This document shows, piece by piece, positions 29,425 to 39,166 of a DNA stretch of 64,000 nt (its first letter is position 1; every line of letters begins with the position of its first letter). The notes beneath the pieces were generated by a model that worked only from the letters and a program-made list of their open reading frames with translations, was not told the DNA's origin and searched no databases. The DNA comes from Trueperaceae bacterium. GTDB taxonomy: Bacteria; Deinococcota; Deinococci; Deinococcales; Trueperaceae. The DNA lies in NCBI GenBank assembly GCA_965215565.1, contig CBDCDZ010000004.1, forward strand, positions 1,632,001 through 1,696,000, given 5' to 3'. The position numbers and the translations under genes were made by a program.

Positions 29425-31779
29425 ATGAGCGTTACTGCCACCAAACAATGCCGTTCGCTGGGTCAGAGCGTCAAGCGCAAGGAGGACCCGCGCTTCATCC
29501 AGGGTAGGGGCAACTACTTAGACGATCACGTCCTCCCCAACATGCTCTACATGTCCTTAGTCCACAGCCCGCACGCCCACGCCAAAATCGTCAACATCGA
29601 CACGACGAAGGCGCTGGAGGTGCCGGGCGTCAAGGCGGTCATCACGGGTGAGGATTTGGACGCCGCCGGTCTCTCGTGGATTCCTACGCTCGCAGGCGAC
29701 AAGCAGATGGTCTTGGGCATCGGTAAGGTGATGTACCACTTCCAAGAGGTTGCCGCCGTCGTTGCCGAAACGAGGGAAGCTGCCGCCGATGGCGCTGCCG
29801 CTGTTGAAGTCACCTATGAGCCGCTGCCCGTCGTGGTGGACCCTTACCAAGCCGCGCAAGCGGACGCCCCCGTCCTGCGCGATGACCGCGAACAACGCGA
29901 CAACCACATCTTCTCGTGGAACGTAGGCGACGAGAGCGGTACGGATAGAGCGCTCGCTGACGCCGAAGTCGTCGTCACCCAGAAGATGACCTATCAGCGC
30001 TGCCACCCCGCGCCCATCGAGCCCTGCGGCTGCGTCGCCGACATGAACCCCGCGACGAACAAGCTCACCTTCTACATGACCTCGCAAGCGCCCCACGCGC
30101 ACCGCACGGTCTTCTCGCTCGTGTCGGGCATCCCGGAGAGCAACATCCGCGTCGTCTCGCCCGACATCGGCGGCGGCTTTGGCAACAAAGTTCCGGTCTA
30201 TCCCGGCTACGTCTGCGCCATCGTCGCCTCCTTGACGCTCGGCGTGCCCGTGAAGTGGGTGGAGACGCGCACCGAGAACCTCACCACGTCGGCGTTCGCC
30301 CGCGACTACCACATGGAAGCGAAAATCGGCGCGACGAAAGAGGGTAAAGTCACGGCGCTCAAGGTCTCGACCATCGCCGATCACGGCGCGTTCGACGCGG
30401 CGGCGGACCCCTCGAAGTTTCCAGCAGGGCTTTTCGGCGTCTGTACGGGCTCGTACGACTTTCCGGTTGCGTACGCCCAAGTGGACGCCTACTACACGAA
30501 CAAGACGCCCGGCGGCATCGCCTATCGCTGCTCTTTCCGCGTGACCGAAGCCTCGTACCTCATCGAGCGGACGATGGACGTGCTCGCCGACGAATTAGAG
30601 ATAGACGCCGCCGACCTCCGTTTCAAGAATTTCATCAAAAAAGACCAGTTCCCGTATCCGTCCGCCTTGAACTGGACCTACGACAGCGGCGACTACCACA
30701 CGACCTTTCAAAAGGCGCTCGAGAAAATCGGCTACCAAGACCTCTTAAAAGAGCAAGCCGAAAAGCGTGAACGCGGCGAGTACATGGGCATCGGCATTTC
30801 GACCTTTACCGAAATCGTCGGCGCGGGACCGGGCAAGCAGTTCGACATCTTGGGCATCAAGATGTTCGACTCCTCTGAAATCCGCATCCACCCGACGGGC
30901 AGCGCCATCGTCCGCGCTGGGACGAAGTCACAAGGGCAAGGACACGAGACGACTTGGGCGCAGATTGTGGCGGAGGAACTCGGGCTGGACATCGCCAACA
31001 TCACCGTCGAAGAGGGCGATACGGACACAGCCCCCTATGGACTCGGGACGTACGCCAGCCGCAGCACGCCCGTCGCCGGGGGCGCACTCGCGCTCGGCGC
31101 ACGGCGCATCCGCGAGAAGGCGAAGAAGATTGCCGCGCACCTCTTGGAAGCGGGCGAGCAGGATGTCGAGTGGGAGGACTACAAGTTCCAAGTGACGGGC
31201 GTGCCTGAGAAGAGTGTCACGATGCAAGAGGTGGCGTTCGCCGCGTATACGAATCCACCCGAGGGTATGGAGCCCGGCCTAGAGGCCACCTACTACTACG
31301 ACCCGCCCAACATGACCTTCCCACACGGCGCGTATATCTGCGTGGTGGAGGTGGACAAGGCGACGGGCGAAGTGAAAGTGCGCCGCTTCCTGGCGGTAGA
31401 TGACTGCGGCACGGTCATCAACCCGATGATCGTCGAGGGACAGATTCACGGTGGGCTGACTGAAGGGTTTGCCATCGCCTTCATGCAGGAAATCACCTAC
31501 GACGAGAACGGACACAACCAAAATACGAACTTCTTGGACTACCTCTTGCCGACCTCGTATGAAACGCCGAGCTGGGAGACGGACAATACCGTCACGCCCT
31601 CGCCGCATCACCCTATCGGCGCGAAAGGCGTGGGCGAATCGCCGAACGTGGGCTCGCCTGCGGCGTTTGTGAATGCGGTGGTGGACGCGCTTTCGCCTTT
31701 AGGTGTGCGTCACCTCGACATGCCCCTCAAGCGTGAAAAGGTGTGGAAAGCGCTGCGGGACGCGGGCGTTCGGGGATAA
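29425..31779 (+). CDS. coxL: form I aerobic CO dehydrogenase large (Mo-Cu) subunit
   Basis: Active-site loop AYRCSFR at 30520-30540, GGGFGNKV, coxMSL gene order, SD AGGAG. Confidence 0.95.
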   Translation: MSVTATKQCRSLGQSVKRKEDPRFIQGRGNYLDDHVLPNMLYMSLVHSPHAHAKIVNIDTTKALEVPGVKAVITGEDLDAAGLSWIPTLAGDKQMVLGIGKVMYHFQEVAAVVAETREAAADGAAAVEVTYEPLPVVVDPYQAAQADAPVLRDDREQRDNHIFSWNVGDESGTDRALADAEVVVTQKMTYQRCHPAPIEPCGCVADMNPATNKLTFYMTSQAPHAHRTVFSLVSGIPESNIRVVSPDIGGGFGNKVPVYPGYVCAIVASLTLGVPVKWVETRTENLTTSAFARDYHMEAKIGATKEGKVTALKVSTIADHGAFDAAADPSKFPAGLFGVCTGSYDFPVAYAQVDAYYTNKTPGGIAYRCSFRVTEASYLIERTMDVLADELEIDAADLRFKNFIKKDQFPYPSALNWTYDSGDYHTTFQKALEKIGYQDLLKEQAEKRERGEYMGIGISTFTEIVGAGPGKQFDILGIKMFDSSEIRIHPTGSAIVRAGTKSQGQGHETTWAQIVAEELGLDIANITVEEGDTDTAPYGLGTYASRSTPVAGGALALGARRIREKAKKIAAHLLEAGEQDVEWEDYKFQVTGVPEKSVTMQEVAFAAYTNPPEGMEPGLEATYYYDPPNMTFPHGAYICVVEVDKATGEVKVRRFLAVDDCGTVINPMIVEGQIHGGLTEGFAIAFMQEITYDENGHNQNTNFLDYLLPTSYETPSWETDNTVTPSPHHPIGAKGVGESPNVGSPAAFVNAVVDALSPLGVRHLDMPLKREKVWKALRDAGVRG

Positions 31780-31825
31780 GGTTTTTCCACGCCGCACAAA
31801 CGAAGTGTGTGGTAGAGGCAGCTAC

Positions 31826-31853
31826 GTAGGGGCGGTTCATGAACCGCCCCTAC
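31826..31853. repeat. GTAG-type REP-like palindrome
   Basis: GTAGGGGCGGTTCATGAACCGCCCCTAC. Sister copy at 49168. Confidence 0.85.
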
Positions 31854-31905
31854 ACCGCGTAAGACAGCGGGACAGACTGAAACTATTGCAAACAGATAGG
31901 GCTAT

Positions 31906-32910
31906 ATGGACTTAGAACGTATTTTAGAACTTAAACACGAAGAGCAGCGCTTTGTCGTGGCAACCGTCGTATCGCGTCAAGCGCCCGTCTCCTCGCATTT
32001 GGGAGATAAGGCGATTATCTTAGACAACGGTCACATGGAGGGCTTCATCGGCGGCGCGTGCTCCCGCGACATCATCCGCAAGCAGGCACTTTCAGCTTTG
32101 AAACTCGAGCAACCCCGCCTAGTCCGCATCACCCCCGATCCTCTCCCAGCAAAGAATGAAGCCGCCGGGCGCGACGAGGTATGGGTGCCCATGTCGTGCT
32201 CGAGCGAAGGGGCAGTGGACGTGTATTTGGAACCTCATTTGGAAAAGAAGCGCCTCTTAGTCGTCGGCACCTCACCCATTGCGATTGCTCTTGCTAAACA
32301 GGGCGACTTTTTGGGCTACGAGGTTTCGCTCGCCTACGACAAAGGAGAACGCTCTACTGTAGAGATGGACTTAGGTGCAGCGATGGTTAAACTCTTCGAG
32401 GTGCGGCATCTGGGGCACTGGCTAGGGGGACTCTCGAGCACGCAAAGAGGCAAGCTCGCCGCTGTCGTCGCCTCGATGGGGCATTACGACGAAGAGGCGT
32501 TAGCCCAACTTATTCCTGCGCAGCCTCATTACCTGGCTTTAGTGGCGAGTCGTAAACGCGCAGCAACCGTCAAAGATGTACTCGATACGATGGGCGTGAG
32601 CGACTTCGGGCGCGTCCGCAGCCCCGCCGGGCTCGACATCAGTGCGAAAAGTCCCGCCGAAGTCGCCCTTTCAATCTTGGCCGAGATGGTGCAGGTCTAT
32701 CAAGCCGCGAAACAGCAAGAGGTCAACGAGTCAAAATTGGGACAAACGAAAACAACCGAAGAGGCTACTGACCCCGTCTGCGGCATGAGCGTCGATATGG
32801 CGCACGCGCGTCATCAAAGCGAACTGGACGACACAACCTACTACTTCTGCTGCCCGAACTGCAAACGCCGCTTCGACCACGATCCCGAGCGGTACTTACA
32901 AGCAGCATGA
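31906..32910 (+). CDS. XdhC/CoxF-like maturase with C-terminal YHS metal-binding domain
   Basis: GFIGGAC, SPAGLDI...EVALSILAE, and tail DPVCGM...YYFCCPNC. Confidence 0.85.
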   Translation: MDLERILELKHEEQRFVVATVVSRQAPVSSHLGDKAIILDNGHMEGFIGGACSRDIIRKQALSALKLEQPRLVRITPDPLPAKNEAAGRDEVWVPMSCSSEGAVDVYLEPHLEKKRLLVVGTSPIAIALAKQGDFLGYEVSLAYDKGERSTVEMDLGAAMVKLFEVRHLGHWLGGLSSTQRGKLAAVVASMGHYDEEALAQLIPAQPHYLALVASRKRAATVKDVLDTMGVSDFGRVRSPAGLDISAKSPAEVALSILAEMVQVYQAAKQQEVNESKLGQTKTTEEATDPVCGMSVDMAHARHQSELDDTTYYFCCPNCKRRFDHDPERYLQAA

Positions 32911-33791
32911 CGGACTTAACTGCTGAGACGATCCAAAGACGTTTAGAGACGAAAGGTTATCTCGCAGACGACGCTTTAGCGACTGCACTAGAACTCGTCA
33001 CGACGATGCACAAACCTCTTCTCGTGGAAGGTCCGGCGGGCGTCGGCAAGACGGAGAGTGCGAAAGTCTTAGCGGAGATGCTGAATACGAAACTCATCCG
33101 TTTGCAGTGCTATGAGGGACTAGACGCGGCTACCTCTTTATACGAGTGGAACTATCCCAAGCAGATGCTTCATATCCGGTTGACGGAGAATGAGGGTAAG
33201 GGCGTCAAAGAGCGCGAAGCCGAGATTTTTGGTCCCGCCTTCCTCTTGCGCCGACCTCTTCTCGAGGCGATTTCTGAACCTGAACGCTCCCCTGTCCTTC
33301 TGATTGACGAAATTGACCGTGCGGACGAAGAGTTTGAGGCATTTTTGCTCGAGCTTCTGGGCGAATTTCAAGTCACCATCCCCGAACTCGGCACCATCAA
33401 GGCGCAGCACAAACCCTTTGTCATTCTCACCTCCAACCGCATCCGTGACCTCTCGGACGCCCTGCGGCGGCGCTGCTTGTATCTCTGGCAGCCCTACCCG
33501 AGTTTCGATAAAGAGGTGCAGATTTTGCGCGCAAGGCTGCCCAGTATTGACGAGCGTCTAGCGGAGCAAATCGGGCGCGTGATGACGTATTTGCGCGGGC
33601 TCCCTCTCAATAAACTTCCTGGCGTAGCGGAGAGCCTGGATTGGGGAACGGCGTTGATGTTGCTCCATCATGAAAAATTGGAGCCACACGTTCTCGAGAA
33701 AACTTTAGGCTGCATCGTCAAGGATTTCGAGGATTGGGAGACCGTCGAGGAGCGTAAAGGGGAGTTGGAGCGGGTGCTCGAGCGTACCTAA
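32907..33791 (+). CDS. coxD: MoxR-family AAA+ ATPase (CoxD-like)
   Basis: GPAGVGKT, LQCYEG, LIDEID and SDALRRRC motifs. Confidence 0.9.
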   Translation: MTDLTAETIQRRLETKGYLADDALATALELVTTMHKPLLVEGPAGVGKTESAKVLAEMLNTKLIRLQCYEGLDAATSLYEWNYPKQMLHIRLTENEGKGVKEREAEIFGPAFLLRRPLLEAISEPERSPVLLIDEIDRADEEFEAFLLELLGEFQVTIPELGTIKAQHKPFVILTSNRIRDLSDALRRRCLYLWQPYPSFDKEVQILRARLPSIDERLAEQIGRVMTYLRGLPLNKLPGVAESLDWGTALMLLHHEKLEPHVLEKTLGCIVKDFEDWETVEERKGELERVLERT

Positions 33792-33798
33792 GATTAAG

Positions 33799-34995
33799 AT
33801 GAGTCAACCTCTCCCCTATTTATTCCCACACAGCGATTTGCCGCGCAACCTCCTCGCTTTTTGCGAACGCTTGCGTTCAAAAGGCTTCACCATCGGACCG
33901 CAAGAGGTCAGCGACGCTCTGCGTGCGGTTGAAACCGTCGGCGTCGCGAACCGGACGAAGTTCCGCACCGCCCTCAAGCTCGTGCTCTGCACCCGCTTGG
34001 AGGACGCGGCGCAGTTCGATACGCTCTTTTACGCCTTCTTTTTGGATAAGAGGTTGGAGGCGAAAGGAAGCACGCGGGATGCCGAAGCGCACGAAGCGGT
34101 GGACGAGAACACCACGCAAGAGGACGAATCATCAGGTGAAAAGGTTGGTCAAGAGGTTGAGCGCGAGACTCAATCACTAGAAATTCACGAGAGTGATGGT
34201 GAAGGCGAGAAGGGACATAACCCGCTGCTCCGCGCTTGGTTCAGCTACGCCGCCGCGCAGAGCGAAACCCCCGTCACGCTCCCACAAGAGGACATGGATA
34301 AGATGCTCGCCGCTGCCAAACACCTCGCCACGCGCTTACGCCTCGGCAAGAGCCGCCGCTGGCGCAGTTCAAAGCATGGTCAACGTTTCGACGTGCGGCG
34401 CACCTTGCGCCACTCTTTGCAGACGGGCGGCGAGGCGGTCATTCCGCTCTGGCTCACCCACCCGCCGCGCAAACCGCGCTTCGTGCTCCTATTAGACGGA
34501 AGCCGCTCGGTGGCGGCGCATAGCGGCGTGCTGTTGCAGTTTGCGCAGGCGCTTACTAGACGAACCTCGAGGGTTGAAACCTTTGTCTTCTCCACCCAGT
34601 TGCGCCGCATCAGCGCGGAACTTAGACAGGCACTCAAACAGGGAGATTCGCTGCAGAACTTGGGCGAGGCTTGGGGCGGCGGTACTCGTTTGGGCGAGAG
34701 TTTAGAAACTTTTGTGCGAAAGCACAGCGCCAGGCTTACGAAAGATACGCTCGTTATCATCGCGAGCGACGGGCTCGATACGACAGATGACCAAACACCC
34801 CTTGAACGCGCTATGCGCGAGCTGCATCGCCGCTCAGCGGGCGTGGTGTGGCTCAATCCACTTTTAGAAACGAAAGGTTACGCGCCGACTGCGCGTGGTA
34901 TGCTGAGCGCGTTACCTTACATAGACACGTTGACGAGCGCACGAGACGCAGCTTCATTTCGGGCGTTGGCGGACGAGATTCACCTGAGGAAATGA
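33799..34995 (+). CDS. coxE: VWA-domain protein (CoxE-like)
   Basis: DGSRS (MIDAS), GGTRLG, SDG and WLNP motifs. Confidence 0.88.
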   Translation: MSQPLPYLFPHSDLPRNLLAFCERLRSKGFTIGPQEVSDALRAVETVGVANRTKFRTALKLVLCTRLEDAAQFDTLFYAFFLDKRLEAKGSTRDAEAHEAVDENTTQEDESSGEKVGQEVERETQSLEIHESDGEGEKGHNPLLRAWFSYAAAQSETPVTLPQEDMDKMLAAAKHLATRLRLGKSRRWRSSKHGQRFDVRRTLRHSLQTGGEAVIPLWLTHPPRKPRFVLLLDGSRSVAAHSGVLLQFAQALTRRTSRVETFVFSTQLRRISAELRQALKQGDSLQNLGEAWGGGTRLGESLETFVRKHSARLTKDTLVIIASDGLDTTDDQTPLERAMRELHRRSAGVVWLNPLLETKGYAPTARGMLSALPYIDTLTSARDAASFRALADEIHLRK

Positions 34996-35035
34996 GCGCG
35001 GAAAACGAACAGGTACGAAAGTAGGCAGTAGAAAC

Positions 35036-36175
35036 ATGCGCGAAGAGGACAAACTTTTAGAGGCAATTCAAGAGGCGAAGGTAGCGGGCAAGGACGCCGT
35101 CATCGCCACCGTCGTGCGCGTGGTGGGCTCGGCGTATCGGCGCGAAGGCACGAAGATGCTTGTAGACAGCGCAGGCGAACAGGTCTGCATGATATCGGGC
35201 GGCTGCTTAGAGGCGGAAATCGGCGAAATCGCGAAAGAGGTCATGACATCGGGCGAGCCGCAGACGCACTTCTTTGATTTGAGCGAAGAGGTGCTTTGGG
35301 GGCTCGGGCTCGGGTGTGGTGGGGCGGTAGAGGTGTATTTGGAGCCCATCCGAACCACCTCCGCCTTCACCGCGTGGCAAGAGGCCGTCAAAGCGCAGCG
35401 GGGCAGCGTTTTAGCGACCGTCATGACCTCTTCAGTAGAACATGTACCCGTAACCGCCCGCATGTTCATCTCTGAGAGCGAAACTATCGGCGACTTGCAC
35501 GACGAACGCCTTACGAAAGAGGTGCGAGAGGTCGCGCAGCGAAAACTCACCTCTTTAGCCCAACGCTCCGAGATGCGCCGCTTCGAGGTTACAGGAGAGA
35601 AAGAGGTGGGTGAAATCGAAGTCTTTATTGACGTGAGCTTGCCGCCGCCCGAACTCATCATTTTCGGCGCAGGACACGACGCGATACCTCTTGCGGCGCA
35701 AGCCCACGCGCTTGGATTTAACGTCACAGTCGTAGACGCCCGCCCTGCCTTTACCACCGAAGAACGCTTCCCGAACGTCAACACGCTGGTCATTTCGCAC
35801 CCTTCAAAATTCGCAGAGCGCGTCAAGATTACACCGCGCAGCTTCGTTGTGGTGATGAATCATCACTTGGAGCGCGATAAAGGCAGCCTCGCTTATGCGC
35901 TAAAGTCAGACGCGCCTTATGTCGGCGTATTGGGACCGCGCTCGAGGTTCGAAGAGATAGTCGAGGCGCTCGTTGAGGAGGGGTTAGAACCCAGCAAGGC
36001 GGAGCAAGGCAGAGTTCACAACCCCGTCGGCTTGGACATCGGCGCGGAGACGCCCGCTGAAATTGCGCACAGCATCATGAGTGAGATTTTGGCGGTGCGC
36101 AGTGGGTATAGGGGTGGCTTCTTAAAGGAGCGTTCGGGACGGATTCATGCGTTTCGGTCAAAGGTGCCGGTTTAG
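35036..36175 (+). CDS. XdhC/CoxI-family molybdenum-enzyme accessory protein
   Basis: GSAYRR.G.KM, SGGCLE, GLGCGG, GAGHDA and PVGLDIGAETP motifs. Confidence 0.9.
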   Translation: MREEDKLLEAIQEAKVAGKDAVIATVVRVVGSAYRREGTKMLVDSAGEQVCMISGGCLEAEIGEIAKEVMTSGEPQTHFFDLSEEVLWGLGLGCGGAVEVYLEPIRTTSAFTAWQEAVKAQRGSVLATVMTSSVEHVPVTARMFISESETIGDLHDERLTKEVREVAQRKLTSLAQRSEMRRFEVTGEKEVGEIEVFIDVSLPPPELIIFGAGHDAIPLAAQAHALGFNVTVVDARPAFTTEERFPNVNTLVISHPSKFAERVKITPRSFVVVMNHHLERDKGSLAYALKSDAPYVGVLGPRSRFEEIVEALVEEGLEPSKAEQGRVHNPVGLDIGAETPAEIAHSIMSEILAVRSGYRGGFLKERSGRIHAFRSKVPV

Positions 36176-36233
36176 ACTGCTTGTGCGCTGAAAGGTGAAA
36201 CGCGCTACCCCTTGAGCGCTCGAGAGGACTAGA

Positions 36234-36437
36234 ATGCCCTACGTCAACATCAAAATCACTAAAGAGGGCGCGACGAAAGCGCAAAAAGCTCGACTGATTG
36301 AAGGGACGACTAAGCTGCTGCAAGAGGTCCTGGGCAAAAATCCGGCGACGACAATTGTCGTAATCGAAGAGGTTGAAACGGATAACTGGGGCGTGGCGGG
36401 TGAACCGGTGACGGAGCGGCGGAAACGAGGAGAGTAA
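36234..36437 (+). CDS. 4-oxalocrotonate tautomerase family protein
   Basis: Met-Pro start (catalytic Pro1), QKA.LI...T and IEEV...NWG.AG. Confidence 0.92.
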   Translation: MPYVNIKITKEGATKAQKARLIEGTTKLLQEVLGKNPATTIVVIEEVETDNWGVAGEPVTERRKRGE

Positions 36438-36497
36438 CGAATGGACACTCCCGCTGACCTCATCTCGCCCGAAGCTTAGTGCTCTCACGGCAGAACC

Positions 36498-36890
36498 TCA
36501 CCACACTCTAGCCACGGGAAACTGATCGAACGCTCTATCCTTGCTGAGGAGTGCCACCTCTTCTAGCACAGCTTGAGCCGCTAACAAACGGTCAAAAGGG
36601 TCTTTATGCGTCACCTTGAACCGTCCCGCCAAACGTGTATGCGAGGTGCGGATGACGAGTTCTCGCACGCCTAAACGTTGAGCGAATTCAGCGTAACGCG
36701 CCTCGTCCATAAAAGGCGCGACCTCTGACCATTTGCCCGCATAGTGCTTGATACTCATCTCCCAAATGCTTATAGGACTTACCAGAAGTTCGTTCTTTGG
36801 ATCGCGCAGATGCGCTCGCGCGGTTTCGCCAAGTAATGTAGGATCGCCTACCGCCCAAGCTAAGGTGTGAGTGTCGAGTAGATAACGCAC
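36498..36890 (-). CDS. vapC: PIN-domain toxin (VapC-like)
   Basis: LLDTH, S.ISIWE, HKDPFDR and LLSKD motifs. Confidence 0.92.
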   Translation of the reverse strand: MRYLLDTHTLAWAVGDPTLLGETARAHLRDPKNELLVSPISIWEMSIKHYAGKWSEVAPFMDEARYAEFAQRLGVRELVIRTSHTRLAGRFKVTHKDPFDRLLAAQAVLEEVALLSKDRAFDQFPVARVW

Positions 36891-36893
36891 GGT

Positions 36894-37136
36894 TTACTCA
36901 GCGTGGTTGTGAATTTCATAGAAAGCGTCTATTACGTCGTCCTCGGTAGGCTCCAACAAATCACTCTGGAAGTGGATAGGATAAAAGCCTAGCTCGCGCT
37001 CTTCAGGTTTAGCCAAACCGACGAGTTTGGCAACAGGCTTACCGTAACGAGAGATGGTGATTTCTTCACCCTTCATAACCGCCTCGATAAGTTCGGAGAG
37101 GTGCGCTTTTACTTCGTGCAATTGGAGCGTTTTCAT
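36894..37136 (-). CDS. Phd/YefM-family antitoxin
   Basis: KAHLSELI...GEEITI...GKPVAKL, immediately upstream of the PIN toxin. Confidence 0.92.
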   Translation of the reverse strand: MKTLQLHEVKAHLSELIEAVMKGEEITISRYGKPVAKLVGLAKPEERELGFYPIHFQSDLLEPTEDDVIDAFYEIHNHAE

Positions 37137-37140
37137 CTTT

Positions 37141-37162
37141 TTAGTCTAAACGAATAGACCAA
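37141..37162 (-). promoter_or_regulatory. toxin-antitoxin operator overlapping a leaderless -10 box
   Basis: Inverted repeat TTGGTCTA-n6-TAGACTAA, with TAGACT 6 nt before the antitoxin ATG. Confidence 0.6.
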
Positions 37163-37221
37163 CAAATGCTAGCGTTGCAGCGTAGAAGAGGTCCAATCCT
37201 TCGCGCCCAACGTCACGAGGT

Positions 37222-37467
37222 CTAAGGGCGCGGGTTGCGTCCCTTCTGCCAGCCGCCGTCCGCGCCGCCCACCCAGTAATGCTCACCACCCGGATAGGTT
37301 TGCAAAACTTCGACGACCGTTTGGAGTGGGACGCGGTAGGCGAAGCGGGTTTTGAGGTACCACAGCTCGAGCCCTCCTGTTAGCTCCTCGCTCTGATGCA
37401 AGCCTAAACGTTCCGCGTAGACGAGCGAGCGGTTGACAGCGAGGTCAAAAAGGGCGTCGCGCGCCAC
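37222..37467 (-). CDS. hypothetical protein (81 aa) following tyrA
   Basis: GTG directly after the tyrA stop. Protein-like sequence (M)ARDALFDLAVNR...WYLKTRFAYRVPL. Confidence 0.7.
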   Translation of the reverse strand: MARDALFDLAVNRSLVYAERLGLHQSEELTGGLELWYLKTRFAYRVPLQTVVEVLQTYPGGEHYWVGGADGGWQKGRNPRP

Positions 37468-37468
37468 C

Positions 37469-38557
37469 TCACCCTCTCCCCCGCGCCTCGTAGCCCGCCT
37501 CGGTGAGCGCCCGCGTCCCCTCCCTAAGCTGCGCCTCGTCTTCAAAGGCGAGCCGCACCGCACCGCCCGCCTCGCGGATGCCCAAGACTTCGATGTCTTT
37601 GATGTTGACGCCCGCTTCGCCCAGCGCTCTAGTGATCTTGGAGAGTTCCCCAGCGCGGTCGGGCACGGCGATGACGATTTCAAAGCGGGCGGGCAAGAGA
37701 CCGCGTTTAACGATGGGGAAGCTGTCACGGGTGTGCTTGGCGGCTTCGGCGCGGTTTAACATCCCGTCCGAATCGTTCAAGAGGTCTTCCAAATGCCCTA
37801 GCTGCGCTCGGAACGTCTCCAAGGTTTTGCGTAACGCCGCCTTGTTGCCCACCACCATGTCGCGGCTCATGCGCGGGCTGCCCGACGCCACGCGGGTCAG
37901 ATCGCGAAAACCGCCCGCCGCTAGGAGCATCATGAGGTCGCGGTCTTCGTCCTCGGCGATGAGTTGGGTCAGGGCGACGGCGGCGAGGTAGGGAACGTGG
38001 CTGACAGCGGCGACTAAGCGGTCGTGCTGCGCGGGGTCAGCTTGGATAGGTTTCGCGCCCAAGTGAGTGACGAAGGTGTGAACGTGCTCTAACACCCCCT
38101 TATCCGCTCCTTCGTTCGGCGTCAGCACCCACACCGCATTTTCCAAAAGCGCCGCGTCCGCGTTCTGCACGCCGATGCGCTCGCTCCCCGCCATCGGATG
38201 TCCGCCGACGAAGCGCAAGTCGCTAAGCTCCGCGCAGATGTCCGCCTTGACGCTGCCGACATCCGTAAGAATGGTCTTTTCGCCTAAAAACGGCGCTAGA
38301 CCTCTCGCTAAGGGCACGATTGTTTTAGCGGGCGAGGCGAGGATGATGAGGTCAACCTCTTTGAGCCAGTCGCCGGGGCGGAGCTGCGCCTCGTCGATGA
38401 CGCCCAAGCCGACCGCAGCTTCGAGCGCCGCCGGGTCCCTGTCCAAGCCGATGACCTTGTTCGCCAAAAACCGCTGACGAACTCCAAGCCCGATCGAGCC
38501 GCCGATAAGCCCGACGCCCGCGATGACGATAGTGTTGAAAAGAGGTTCAGGACGCAT
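37469..38557 (-). CDS. tyrA: prephenate dehydrogenase with C-terminal ACT domain
   Basis: GVGLIGGS, DVGSVK, HPMAGSE, SHVP, GFRDLTR and an ACT domain. Confidence 0.95.
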   Translation of the reverse strand: MRPEPLFNTIVIAGVGLIGGSIGLGVRQRFLANKVIGLDRDPAALEAAVGLGVIDEAQLRPGDWLKEVDLIILASPAKTIVPLARGLAPFLGEKTILTDVGSVKADICAELSDLRFVGGHPMAGSERIGVQNADAALLENAVWVLTPNEGADKGVLEHVHTFVTHLGAKPIQADPAQHDRLVAAVSHVPYLAAVALTQLIAEDEDRDLMMLLAAGGFRDLTRVASGSPRMSRDMVVGNKAALRKTLETFRAQLGHLEDLLNDSDGMLNRAEAAKHTRDSFPIVKRGLLPARFEIVIAVPDRAGELSKITRALGEAGVNIKDIEVLGIREAGGAVRLAFEDEAQLREGTRALTEAGYEARGRG

Positions 38558-38576
38558 AAGAAAGGTTACAGGATTA

Positions 38577-38817
38577 TAGCAAGTCTCAGGCGGAGCCTAG
38601 CGGAACTTCATTTGGTTTGAGTGAATGAAATTATGCGAAGAGACGCTCTCACGATGTAAAACACCGTTGCTTAACGGCAAACTACGTCATTCGCTTTGCG
38701 AAAACTTCGTCCCTACAGGCTTTCAGAAATTAGCATACACTTGATTGTAATGAGGTTCCGTTGTAGCAAGCTGTGCAACCTGCGTGATTCGCTTCTCAGC
38801 TTTTCTGATAACCGCTA
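38577..38817 (+). mobile_element. family-1 MITE-like element, copy C (241 bp, diverged)
   Basis: TAGCAAGT...TCATTTGGTTTGAG...TCTCAG...ACCGCTA, with inserts of about 22, 21, 62 and 23 nt. Confidence 0.75.
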
Positions 38818-39166
38818 TGAAAGGTTTTGCGAAGGGGACTGAGATAAGAAATCCTAGCAGGTTTTCGGGCGGGCTCGAGGTGACACGGGCTCGAGCCCGT
38901 CACCGACACAGAAAATAGATCAAGACAGTGTGCGCCGCTACCTCTCAGCAAACTGTTAAAAATCTCTCATGAGGGGCGCTTAAACTGAAAGGCGTGGGTG
39001 GCCTCCCATACGACGTTGGCTTTTCACACGACAACCGAGTCACGCCCAAAAAGAGCACCGCGGTTACGGATGTGGTGCTTTTCGTTTCACCCTTCACTTT
39101 CTCTCTACAGCTCCTGGGACACCGGGGCGGCGGCTCGAGCTTATCTTGACACCCCTGGGAGTTATC

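Noticed and set aside
36498..37136. Defence island around the toxin-antitoxin pair
   Set aside because: A single ordinary Phd-PIN pair with no neighbouring defence or integrase genes.
27476..38817. cox cluster as a MITE-bounded composite transposon (copies B and C)
   Set aside because: The interval includes housekeeping tyrA, and MITE density makes such flanking likely by chance.
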